From Acidimicrobiia bacterium (GTDB taxonomy: Bacteria; Actinomycetota; Acidimicrobiia; Spongiisociales; ZC4RG35), in contig DASZOM010000041.1 in the NCBI GenBank assembly GCA_035550735.1, positions 4,216-68,215 of the forward strand: DNA of 64,000 nucleotides, written 5' to 3'. The position numbers and the translations under genes were made by a program. The notes beneath the pieces were generated by a model, which saw only the letters and a program-made list of their open reading frames with translations, was not told the DNA's origin and searched no databases. Below are positions 47,214 through 55,691 of this stretch, piece after piece (position 1 is the stretch's first letter; each line of letters starts with the position of its first letter).

Positions 47214-49295
47214 ATGGGCACGTTCGAGACATTGCGGGTCATCGACGACCAGGGCGACCTGGTCGGCGAGGATCCGGGCCTCGATCCCGAGATCTACCAG
47301 GTCATGTATCGCAACATGGTGCTGGCGCGGACCCTGGACCGGCGCATGCTCGCCCTGCAGCGTCAGGGCCGGATCGGGACCTACGCCATGCTGGAAGGAC
47401 AGGAGGCCGTCCAGGTCGGGTCGGCCCTGGCGCTGGAACCGCACGACTTCGTGTTTCCCAGTTACAGGGAGCACGGTGTCCAGGTGACGAGGGGCCTCCC
47501 GATGGAGGTCCTTCTCGCGTATTGGAAGGGTCTGCCCAACGCGGCCTGGGACATAGAGAAGTACCGCACCGGCATCGTGACCGTCCCGATCGCCAGCCAG
47601 GTCCCCCATGCGGTGGGGTATTCCTACATGACCAAGCTTCGGGGCGAGGACGTCGTCACTGTCGCCTACTTCGGGGACGGAGCCACATCGGAGGGCGATT
47701 TCCATGCCGGGTTGAACTTCGCCGGGGTCTGGAAGACACCGACCGTGTTCCTCTGCGCCAACAACCTCTACGCGATCTCGGTCCCCTACGAGAAGCAGAC
47801 CGCCTCGGAGACGATCGCCCAGAAGGCGGAGGCATATGGGTTCGAAGGGCTCCGAGTCGACGGGATGGACCCGATAGCGGTCTATCTGGCGACCAGGCTG
47901 GCGGTCAGTCGGGCCCGCGCCGGCAACGGGCCCACCCTGATCGAGGCCCTCACCTACCGATACGGCGCTCATGCGACCGCCGACGACCCGAGTCTCTACC
48001 GCAGCAACGACGAGGTCGAGGAGTGGAGGGCGAAGGACCCGATCGACCGGCTCCGACGCTTCCTCGAGCATCGTGGCGAGTGGGACGAGTGGATCGGGGA
48101 GAAGGTGGAGATGGAGATCACCGAAGCCGTCGACGCCGCGGTGACCGCTCTCGAGGCGGAGGCTCTCCCCGGACGCGCCGACGCCATCCGCCACGGCTTC
48201 GCCCGCATCCCCGGTCACGTGGTGGAACAGCTCCACGCCATGCAGCGCGCTCACGGAGAGGAGGAAACCCGGTTCGACGAGGACGAGCTCTGGCGGGTCG
48301 GCCACGACGAGATCCCCGATGGCCCCACCGAGTCCATGACGATGGCCGCCGCGATCAACGCCGCCCTGGACGAGGCGATGGCGCTCGACGAGGGAGTGGT
48401 CGTGCTCGGGGAGGATGTCGGGCTGGCCGGGGGTGTATTCAGGATCACCGAGGGCTTGCAACGCAAGTACGGCGAGCATCGGGTGGTCGACACCCCGCTC
48501 AACGAGTCGGGGATCGTGGGCACCGCAGTGGGCATGGCCCTTGCAGGGGGCCGGCCCGTCGCCGAGATCCAGTTCGACGGTTTCGTCTACCCGGCCTTCG
48601 ACCAGATCGTCAGCCATCTGGGGCGATTCCGCTTCCGCACCCGGGGCCTTTCTTCGATGCCGGTCGTCGTCCGGTTTCCCAACGGGGCAGGCATCGGCGC
48701 CCACGAGCACCATTGCGACTCACCCGAGGCCTACTTCGTCCACGCTCCCGGGCTGGTGGTGGTCTGCCCATCCACGCCGCTCGACGCCAAGGGACTCCTG
48801 GCCTCCGCCCTCCAGGGAGACGATCCGGTGATCTTCCTCGAGCCCAAGGTCCTCTATCGGGCGGGTCGCGACGACGTCCCCTCCGGTCATTACACAATCC
48901 CCATCGGGCGGGCTCGGGTTCGCCGCGCCGGAGACGACCTGACCCTCGTCACCTACGGCGGCATGGTCCCGATCGCCCTGGAGGCCGCGGAGCGCTCCGA
49001 TCACTCGGTGGAGGTGATCGACCTGCGCACGCTGTTCCCGTGGGATCATGAGACGGTCCTCGAATCGGTGCGCCGGACCGGTCGTCTCCTATTGGCCCAG
49101 GAGCCGCAGGGCAGCGCCGGCGTCGCCGCCGATGTGGCCGCCGTGGTCGCCGAGAAGGCCCTATACGACCTGCAGGCTCCGATCGTCAGGGTCACCGGCT
49201 TCGACGTTCCCTGGCCCCAGTTCGCCATCGAGCAACACGCCCTCGTCGACGTCGACCGGATCGCTGCCGGCATCGCCCAAGTGATGATGGGCTGA
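47214..49295 (+). CDS. 2-oxoacid (pyruvate/branched-chain) dehydrogenase E1 component, fused alpha-beta subunits
   Basis: N-terminal TPP-binding alpha part (YREHGV...GDGATSEG...NNLYAIS) continuous with the beta part (transketolase-like MTMAAAINAALDE...PVVVRFPNGAGIGA). Confidence 0.8.
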   Translation: MGTFETLRVIDDQGDLVGEDPGLDPEIYQVMYRNMVLARTLDRRMLALQRQGRIGTYAMLEGQEAVQVGSALALEPHDFVFPSYREHGVQVTRGLPMEVLLAYWKGLPNAAWDIEKYRTGIVTVPIASQVPHAVGYSYMTKLRGEDVVTVAYFGDGATSEGDFHAGLNFAGVWKTPTVFLCANNLYAISVPYEKQTASETIAQKAEAYGFEGLRVDGMDPIAVYLATRLAVSRARAGNGPTLIEALTYRYGAHATADDPSLYRSNDEVEEWRAKDPIDRLRRFLEHRGEWDEWIGEKVEMEITEAVDAAVTALEAEALPGRADAIRHGFARIPGHVVEQLHAMQRAHGEEETRFDEDELWRVGHDEIPDGPTESMTMAAAINAALDEAMALDEGVVVLGEDVGLAGGVFRITEGLQRKYGEHRVVDTPLNESGIVGTAVGMALAGGRPVAEIQFDGFVYPAFDQIVSHLGRFRFRTRGLSSMPVVVRFPNGAGIGAHEHHCDSPEAYFVHAPGLVVVCPSTPLDAKGLLASALQGDDPVIFLEPKVLYRAGRDDVPSGHYTIPIGRARVRRAGDDLTLVTYGGMVPIALEAAERSDHSVEVIDLRTLFPWDHETVLESVRRTGRLLLAQEPQGSAGVAADVAAVVAEKALYDLQAPIVRVTGFDVPWPQFAIEQHALVDVDRIAAGIAQVMMG

Positions 49296-49369
49296 GAACG
49301 CCCCTCGTTCGGAGCACACCCCTTGGGATCCATGCGCAAGTTCGTCAGAGCATCTAACTTGTCGTCCTC

Positions 49370-49594
49370 GTGAGCCATCTGAGGCCGGAAGACCGAAGGA
49401 ACCGCCACACCCGCGCCCTGTGCAAGAAGGGACGTCACTTCTATGGCGAGGCTCGGACCATCGGTGGCGGGATCAGACGCCAGGTCTGCGAGACGTGCGG
49501 CGACGTCACCATCGACCTCACCGGGGCCGAGCCACTCAACGAAACGACCACCCGACTCGCCGAGGCGACCGGATCACTCACACTGGACTCATAG
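49370..49594 (+). CDS. hypothetical small CxxC protein (74 aa)
   Basis: ALCKKGRHFYGEARTIGGGIRRQVCETCGD. High GC3, intergenic position, no family assigned. Confidence 0.3.
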   Translation: MSHLRPEDRRNRHTRALCKKGRHFYGEARTIGGGIRRQVCETCGDVTIDLTGAEPLNETTTRLAEATGSLTLDS

Positions 49595-49625
49595 GCCGCC
49601 CGGCCGGGCCCCTAACCTGCCCGCC

Positions 49626-50510
49626 GTGACTCGGGTCATCCAGGCCGCGGGCGGTCTCGTCTTCCGCGAGTCCTCCAAGGGGAAGCTGAAGATCCTGGTG
49701 GCGCATCGGCCGCGCTACGACGACTGGGCCCTCCCCAAGGGGAAGTCCGACGATGGGGAGACAGCGGAGGAGACCGCGGTTCGGGAGGTCCTGGAGGAGA
49801 CCGGCTATCACTGTCGTGTGGTGGCGCCGCTCGGGGTCACCCGTTACCGGGTCGACGGCGGGGTCAAGGAGGTGGCATGGTTCGCGATGAGACCGTTGCC
49901 TGACAGCCCCGGGTTCCGGGCGAACAAAGAGGTGGATGAGATCCGCTGGCTGACCCGCAAACAGGCGATGGGGGTGTTCGACTACGAGAACGACCGAAAC
50001 CTGGTCTCTGAATCGGGTCTGAAGAAGCTGGCCCGCACCGGCAATATCTTCCTCCTCCGGCATGCGACCGCGGGAGACCGCGCCCGGTTCGATGGCGTGG
50101 ACTCCGACCGACCCCTGACCAAGAAGGGGCGCCGCCAGGCGGAGTCGATAGCGAAGTCGCTGGCCGCGAGAGGGATCGAGCGCATCTACACCAGCCCCTA
50201 CACACGATGTGTGGAGTCGGTGAAGCCGCTTGCGAAGCTCACCGGCGCCAAGATCCGCCGACGCGACGCACTCGCCGAGGGACCCGACGTCGACGCCGCC
50301 TACGCCCTCATCGACGAGTCGGTCGGATACAACACCGTGCTCTGCAGCCACGGGGACGTCATCCCGGCGGTGATCAATCGGATGATGTGGGCCGGGCTGA
50401 CCCTCGAGTCGCGCTTCTATTGCTCCAAGGGCTCGATCTGGGAGGTCGACCTGGTGGCGGGTCGCTTCACGACCGCCCGCTATGTCCCTCCGCCGAAGCT
50501 CAGCTCTTAG
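49626..50510 (+). CDS. MutT1-like bifunctional protein: NUDIX hydrolase fused to histidine phosphatase (SixA/PGAM) domain
   Basis: Nudix box GKSDDGETAEETAVREVLEETG, then RHATAG...H motif of the histidine phosphatase superfamily. GTG start. Confidence 0.8.
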   Translation: MTRVIQAAGGLVFRESSKGKLKILVAHRPRYDDWALPKGKSDDGETAEETAVREVLEETGYHCRVVAPLGVTRYRVDGGVKEVAWFAMRPLPDSPGFRANKEVDEIRWLTRKQAMGVFDYENDRNLVSESGLKKLARTGNIFLLRHATAGDRARFDGVDSDRPLTKKGRRQAESIAKSLAARGIERIYTSPYTRCVESVKPLAKLTGAKIRRRDALAEGPDVDAAYALIDESVGYNTVLCSHGDVIPAVINRMMWAGLTLESRFYCSKGSIWEVDLVAGRFTTARYVPPPKLSS

Positions 50511-51232
50511 GGGAGATCAGGCCGGCTGATCGAAGTCGTGGCCCCACTCTGCGGGTAAGCGACCTGTTCGCCGGCATGGTTCCAGGTGGTGATGGAGACC
50601 ACCTCCACCTGGATCTCCATGATCCCGGTGACGTTGCCCTTGTTGACCTTCAGCGTGTTGTCGTCGTGGGTGAAGGTGGCTACACCGCCCGCAGGCACCT
50701 GGAATCCCTCGACGGTCGTGGTCTTCTTCTTCCCCTTGTGGTCGATGGTTGTGACCTTGAGGGTGAGGATCTGGTCGGAAGACCAGTCGTTGCCGAAGTC
50801 CACCGAGGCGGCCCAAGTGCCGTTGCCCCCGTTCTTGGTTGCCGTCCATACGGAGATCTCCGACCCGGACGAGGTGGGGACGGCAGTGTCGCCACCCTCC
50901 TCGGGGACTGTGGTGGTGGTCGTCGTCGGGGCGGTGGTGGTCGTCGCCGCCGGGGCGGTGGTGGTCGTGGTCGTCGCCGGCGTCGTCGTGCTGGTCGTCG
51001 TCGGGGACGCCCCGCCGTCGCCGGGGACGGATTCGTCGCCAGGGGTCGTCACGACCTCGCCGCCGCCTCCGCTCGAATCGAACGCGGCGGTGACGTCATC
51101 GAAGCTCTCCTCCGTGTTGTCACCGAGGAGCGTCACGGCGGAGAAGGAGAGGAGCGAGACGAGGGCGGTGATGAGCCCGTACTCGACCATGGCCGCTCCT
51201 CGCTCGCCATGTGACCTCGTGAGGATGTTCAT
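50507..51232 (-). CDS. Flp-prepilin-like protein with long Thr/Pro-rich linker and C-terminal beta-rich domain
   Basis: N-terminus MNILTRSHGERGAAMVEYGLITALVSLL is a class III prepilin signal. It is followed by TTTSTTTPATTTTTTAPAATTTTAPTTTTTT and a ~100-aa domain. Confidence 0.6.
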   Translation of the reverse strand: MNILTRSHGERGAAMVEYGLITALVSLLSFSAVTLLGDNTEESFDDVTAAFDSSGGGGEVVTTPGDESVPGDGGASPTTTSTTTPATTTTTTAPAATTTTAPTTTTTTVPEEGGDTAVPTSSGSEISVWTATKNGGNGTWAASVDFGNDWSSDQILTLKVTTIDHKGKKKTTTVEGFQVPAGGVATFTHDDNTLKVNKGNVTGIMEIQVEVVSITTWNHAGEQVAYPQSGATTSISRPDLP

Positions 51233-51377
51233 GAAGCCTGGATCGTCACGGTCGACGAATCACCGAATAGAGCGAGAGACCCCCGTCGCTAGGCCTAGTT
51301 CGATCGACTCACCTGTCGTTCGGATGTCTCTCTCCCGGGGATAGGCTCGGTGGGCGAGATCCGCCCAGAGAGGAAGC

Positions 51378-51983
51378 ATGGAGCTGACCGCCACGATGAT
51401 GCTGACCGTGGACGGCGTATACCAGGGTCCCGGTGCCCCCGAGGAGGATCGACGAGGGGGGTTCGAGCGAGGGGGCTGGGTTGCGCCTCATTTCGACGAA
51501 GAGGCAGGGCGCTTCGTGAACGAGGTGTTCGAGCGAGCCGACGCCCTGCTCCTCGGCCGCCGGACCTGGGAGATCTTCGAGGCCTACTGGCCGCATCACG
51601 ACGAGGGCGACCCAGTCTCCCACGGGATCAACATCCTGCCCAAATACGTGCCCTCGACCACGCTGAAGGACCCGACGTGGCAGAACACACACGTCATCGC
51701 GGGCGACGTCGAGACCGCGATCCGCGACCTCAAGGCCGAGCCCGGGGGTGAGCTCCAGGTCCATGGCAGCGGTGCCCTGCTCCGTTGGCTCCTCGAGCGC
51801 GACCTCGTCGACGAGCTCAATCTGGAGATCCACCCGGTGATCGTGGGTGATGGGCTGCGGCTCTTCCCCGAACACGGTCAGACCCACGACCTGACCCTGG
51901 TCGAATCTCGGACCACGCCGTCCGGGGTGACGCTGCAGACCTATCGACCCGCGGGTCGGGCGACCTTCGGGACCGTCGGCTGA
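51378..51983 (+). CDS. dihydrofolate reductase-like (RibD C-terminal domain) family protein
   Basis: LLLGRRTWEIF...VHGSGALLRWLL pattern of the RibD_C/DHFR family. Confidence 0.8.
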   Translation: MELTATMMLTVDGVYQGPGAPEEDRRGGFERGGWVAPHFDEEAGRFVNEVFERADALLLGRRTWEIFEAYWPHHDEGDPVSHGINILPKYVPSTTLKDPTWQNTHVIAGDVETAIRDLKAEPGGELQVHGSGALLRWLLERDLVDELNLEIHPVIVGDGLRLFPEHGQTHDLTLVESRTTPSGVTLQTYRPAGRATFGTVG

Positions 51984-51995
51984 CGGCCGGCTGGC

Positions 51996-53780
51996 TCAGA
52001 CGCTCTTCGTGCCGGACGCCCAGTCGGCATACAAACCGGCGTAGACGCCGTCGCACACGACCAGATCGCGGTGATGCCCACGCTCGACCAGCTCACCGCG
52101 GTCGAAGACGAGGACCTCGTCCGCACCTTCGGCGGTGGACAGCCTGTGGGCGATGGTCACCGATGTGCGATGCTCGGTCAGCTTGTCGATCGCATGACGG
52201 AGGGCGACGTCCAGGGCCGGGTCGACTGCCGAGGTCGCCTCGTCGAGCACGAGCAGGTCCGGTGTCGCGATCCACGCCCTGACCAGGGCCACGAGCTGGC
52301 GCTCACCCGCGGAGAGATTTCCGCCACGTTCCCCGGCCCTGGTCTCCAGGCCCTCGGGAAGGCCCTGTACCCACTCGCCCAGCCCCAGCTCGTGGAAGGC
52401 GGTCCACACCTCGGCGTCACCGGCCTGGGGCCGGCCATAGCGCACGTTGTTGACGATGGTGTCGTCGAAGAGGAAACCCTCCTGAGGCACGAATCCCACC
52501 CGAGCCCGCAGCTCGGCGAGACGGATCCGGTGGGCGGGCACGCCGCCGATGTCGACCGTCCCCGATGTCGGGTCCATGAGGCGTACCAGCAGCTTGGCAA
52601 AGGTCGTCTTGCCCGACCCGGTCTCTCCGACCACGGCGATCCGTGACCCCACCGGGATGTCCACGGTCACGTCACGGAGCACCTCGACCCCGTCGGGGTA
52701 GGAGTAGTGGACATGCTCGAAGCGGGCCCCGAGACCCCCGGCAGGCAAGGGCAGCGCGTCGGCCGGGTCGGCGAGGTCGACTTCTCCGTCGAGCACACTC
52801 ACCACCCGCCGCAGCCCGGACGCCGCCGACTGGGCGAATTCGAGCGTCTCCACCAGGATCTCCAAGGGCTCGATGAGGAGATTGGTGAGCAGCAGGAACG
52901 CCACCAGCGTCCCTGCCGACGTGCCCAGCCTGACACCGATGAGGACACCGGTGACGACCAGCGTCGCGGTGAGCAGGCCGGCGAAGACCTCCGCCGTCGA
53001 GAAGAGGATGTTGCCGAACCGGGCGGTGCGGAACTCGACCCGGAAGCGGCTCTCCAACGCCACCGCCACCTTGGCCTTGGTGACCTCCTCGGTCCCGTAT
53101 GCCCTGACGATGGGGATGGCGGTGATCGACTCGCTGAGCACCCCCAGGGAGGCGCCCACCTCCTCACGGACCGCGTCGTAGTTGCGGGCGAGGATCCTCT
53201 GGAACCACCGCATCATCGTCAGGTAGACGAGGACCCCGGTCACGGCGATCAGGGCGAGACGCCACTCGTAGAACACCATGACGGTGGTGGCGAGAAGCAC
53301 CTGGCTGGAAGCGATGATCATCCCGACCCCGCCCCACTCCATGAACTCCTGGAGTGTGGTGATGTCCGAAGTGACCCGGGACAACAGATTCCCCCGGCGT
53401 TCGGACTGCACGTGCAGCACCGACTGGTTCATGATGTGGGTGAAGGTCTTGGTTCGCAGATCGGAGAGACCGGTCGACGACGACCCCACCAGACGGAGCA
53501 GGGCCATCCTCCCCACGAGCACCCCGGCAGCGAGGGCGGCGAGGGCCAGCCCCGCCAAACGAACCACCTCGGCGAAGTCGACTCCCTCGGTGTCCAGGAT
53601 CGCCCCGTCGAGGATCTGTTGGAGGACGATCGGGGTGATCACCGTGATCGCCTGGCCGACCATGGCCAGGATCAGTGTGGCGACGAGCCCTTTTCGCAGC
53701 GAAGGCGCCTCGACGAAGGCGCGGCGGATCAACCCGACGGTGCCGGTGGCGGTGAGGCTCTCCTCACTCACGACGCTCAT
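51996..53780 (-). CDS. ABC exporter, fused permease/ATPase (heterodimer partner B)
   Basis: 6-TM ABC_membrane domain plus Walker A GETGSGKTT and LSAGERQLVALVRA. ATGA overlap with partner A. Confidence 0.85.
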   Translation of the reverse strand: MSVVSEESLTATGTVGLIRRAFVEAPSLRKGLVATLILAMVGQAITVITPIVLQQILDGAILDTEGVDFAEVVRLAGLALAALAAGVLVGRMALLRLVGSSSTGLSDLRTKTFTHIMNQSVLHVQSERRGNLLSRVTSDITTLQEFMEWGGVGMIIASSQVLLATTVMVFYEWRLALIAVTGVLVYLTMMRWFQRILARNYDAVREEVGASLGVLSESITAIPIVRAYGTEEVTKAKVAVALESRFRVEFRTARFGNILFSTAEVFAGLLTATLVVTGVLIGVRLGTSAGTLVAFLLLTNLLIEPLEILVETLEFAQSAASGLRRVVSVLDGEVDLADPADALPLPAGGLGARFEHVHYSYPDGVEVLRDVTVDIPVGSRIAVVGETGSGKTTFAKLLVRLMDPTSGTVDIGGVPAHRIRLAELRARVGFVPQEGFLFDDTIVNNVRYGRPQAGDAEVWTAFHELGLGEWVQGLPEGLETRAGERGGNLSAGERQLVALVRAWIATPDLLVLDEATSAVDPALDVALRHAIDKLTEHRTSVTIAHRLSTAEGADEVLVFDRGELVERGHHRDLVVCDGVYAGLYADWASGTKSV

Positions 53781-55564
53781 GACGCCTCCCTCAGCCGCTT
53801 CGCCTCTTCCTCGTATGCCCTGACCAGCCGGGCGTAGCCGGGCAGGCTCTCGATCAGGTCGTCGTGGGTGCCGTGTCCGAGGATCCGCTTCTGGTCGACG
53901 AAGACCACCTCGTCGGCGAGGCGTATCGAGGATGGGCGGTAGGCGACCACCACGACCGTGGAGGGCAGCTCCGCGCTCTTCAGCGAGCGCAGGATCTCCG
54001 CCTCCACGGAAGGGTCGACCGCCGAAGTCGCATCGTCGAGGATCAGCAGCCGCGGCTTGCGGATCAGGGCCCGGGCGAGGGCGAGTCGTTGCCGCTGTCC
54101 CCCGGAGAGCGTGGTCCCTCGCTCTCCCAGCTCGGTGTCCATCCCCTCGGGGAGCTCGAAGACGAACTCGTCCGCGTTCGCCAGTCGCAGGGCCCTGTGC
54201 ACCTCTTCGTCGTCATAACGGTCACCGAGGGTGACGTTCTCCCGGACGGGGGCATCGAAGAGGAATGCGTTCTGGGAGACGTAGGCGACCTCCTTGGGCA
54301 GCTCCGACGGGGCGAAGTGACGCAGGTCGCGTCCCTCGAGGTGGATCGACCCGGTGTCCGGATCCCAGAGTCGTGCCAGGAGCAGGCCGAGGGTCGACTT
54401 GCCCGAGGCGGTCGGCCCCACCACGGCCAGCGTGGTGCCGGCCTTCAGGTCGAGCTCGAGCCCGGAGAGGACCGGCTCACCCTCGTAGGCGAAGCTCACC
54501 GTGCGGCCGGTGATCGGGGCGGCTCCGCCGTCGGGCTCGGCCACGGTGTCGCCCCAGGTGACGTGGTCGCGGGCGTCGAGCACCTCCTGGACTCGTCGCC
54601 ACCCGGCGAGGCTCCCGGCGAGATCCCAGAGCACGAACCCGATGAGCTGAATTGGGAAGGCGAGCAGCGTTAGCAGGTAGGCCACCGTGACCAGCTGGCC
54701 CGGTGTGACCGCACCGGTGTTGGCCCGGGCCGCGCCGAGCACGAGCAGCACGATGATCAGGGTCTGTGGGAGCGCCCGCATGATCACCTGGTACTTGGTC
54801 CAGGTGGAGAGCACGCCGATCAGACGGTCGCGGAGCTGGTCGCTGGCCTCACCGAACCTGTGCGATACATAGCCTTCCCGTCCCAACGCCTTGACGGTGA
54901 GGGCGCCGTCGAAGCTCTCGTGTGCGATCGATGCCACCCGGCCCCTCTCCTGCTGGACGCGCTCCCACATCCCGAACGTCTTCCAACTCCCGTGCACGTC
55001 GATGACCACGGCGACGATCAGACCGATGACCGCGCCCACCCCGAGCCAGAGGTCGATTGAGAAGATCAGGACGGTCGTCCCCACCAGGAGCAGGGAGACA
55101 CCCGAGGCGTAGGGCAACGGGCCGAGGACACCGGTCCCCTGGTCGGTGTCCGCATCGGCGACGGCCAGCAGATCACCGATGGCCTGGCGATTGAACCAGG
55201 ACATCTTCAGCGTGAGCTGATGAGCGAGCAGACGGTTCCGGATGTCGCGGCGCACCGAGCCGGTCAGGTATGCCGCGCCGGTGCGTCTCACCACGATCCC
55301 GGTCGCCTTGAAGATCGCCACGGAGAGGATGACTACGCCTGCGAGCAGCACCAGATCGGGATCCTCACCGCGATCGAGGATGGGGATGATCACCTCATCG
55401 GTCACCCATCCGATCACCCGTGAGGAGATGATGATCGCACCGGCGTAGCAGGCGGCGCCGGTCACCGCGATGGCGAAGGCCACAGGGTGCATGCGCACGA
55501 AACTGGCGATCAGCTTCAAGCCGTCGCGAAGCACTTCTCCGGGTGTCAGGGCAGGCTGAGACAT
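53777..55564 (-). CDS. ABC exporter, fused permease/ATPase (heterodimer partner A)
   Basis: ABC_membrane plus GPTASGKSTL and LSGGQRQRLALARA. Start MSQPALTPGE at 55564. Confidence 0.85.
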   Translation of the reverse strand: MSQPALTPGEVLRDGLKLIASFVRMHPVAFAIAVTGAACYAGAIIISSRVIGWVTDEVIIPILDRGEDPDLVLLAGVVILSVAIFKATGIVVRRTGAAYLTGSVRRDIRNRLLAHQLTLKMSWFNRQAIGDLLAVADADTDQGTGVLGPLPYASGVSLLLVGTTVLIFSIDLWLGVGAVIGLIVAVVIDVHGSWKTFGMWERVQQERGRVASIAHESFDGALTVKALGREGYVSHRFGEASDQLRDRLIGVLSTWTKYQVIMRALPQTLIIVLLVLGAARANTGAVTPGQLVTVAYLLTLLAFPIQLIGFVLWDLAGSLAGWRRVQEVLDARDHVTWGDTVAEPDGGAAPITGRTVSFAYEGEPVLSGLELDLKAGTTLAVVGPTASGKSTLGLLLARLWDPDTGSIHLEGRDLRHFAPSELPKEVAYVSQNAFLFDAPVRENVTLGDRYDDEEVHRALRLANADEFVFELPEGMDTELGERGTTLSGGQRQRLALARALIRKPRLLILDDATSAVDPSVEAEILRSLKSAELPSTVVVVAYRPSSIRLADEVVFVDQKRILGHGTHDDLIESLPGYARLVRAYEEEAKRLREAS

Positions 55565-55691
55565 CAGGTCGATCTGAGAGGATTCGGGCGACGCCCGACA
55601 TGGGGCCGGGCGTGAGCACATGTTAGATCCGGTCGGCGTCACCGTCTCACGAATTACCGGGGCATGGTGGATCGGGTACCTTCCGGCCGTG

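Noticed and set aside
47198-49051. 617-aa plus-strand ORF
   Set aside because: Alternate frame of the E1 alpha-beta gene; Arg/Gly/Pro-rich.
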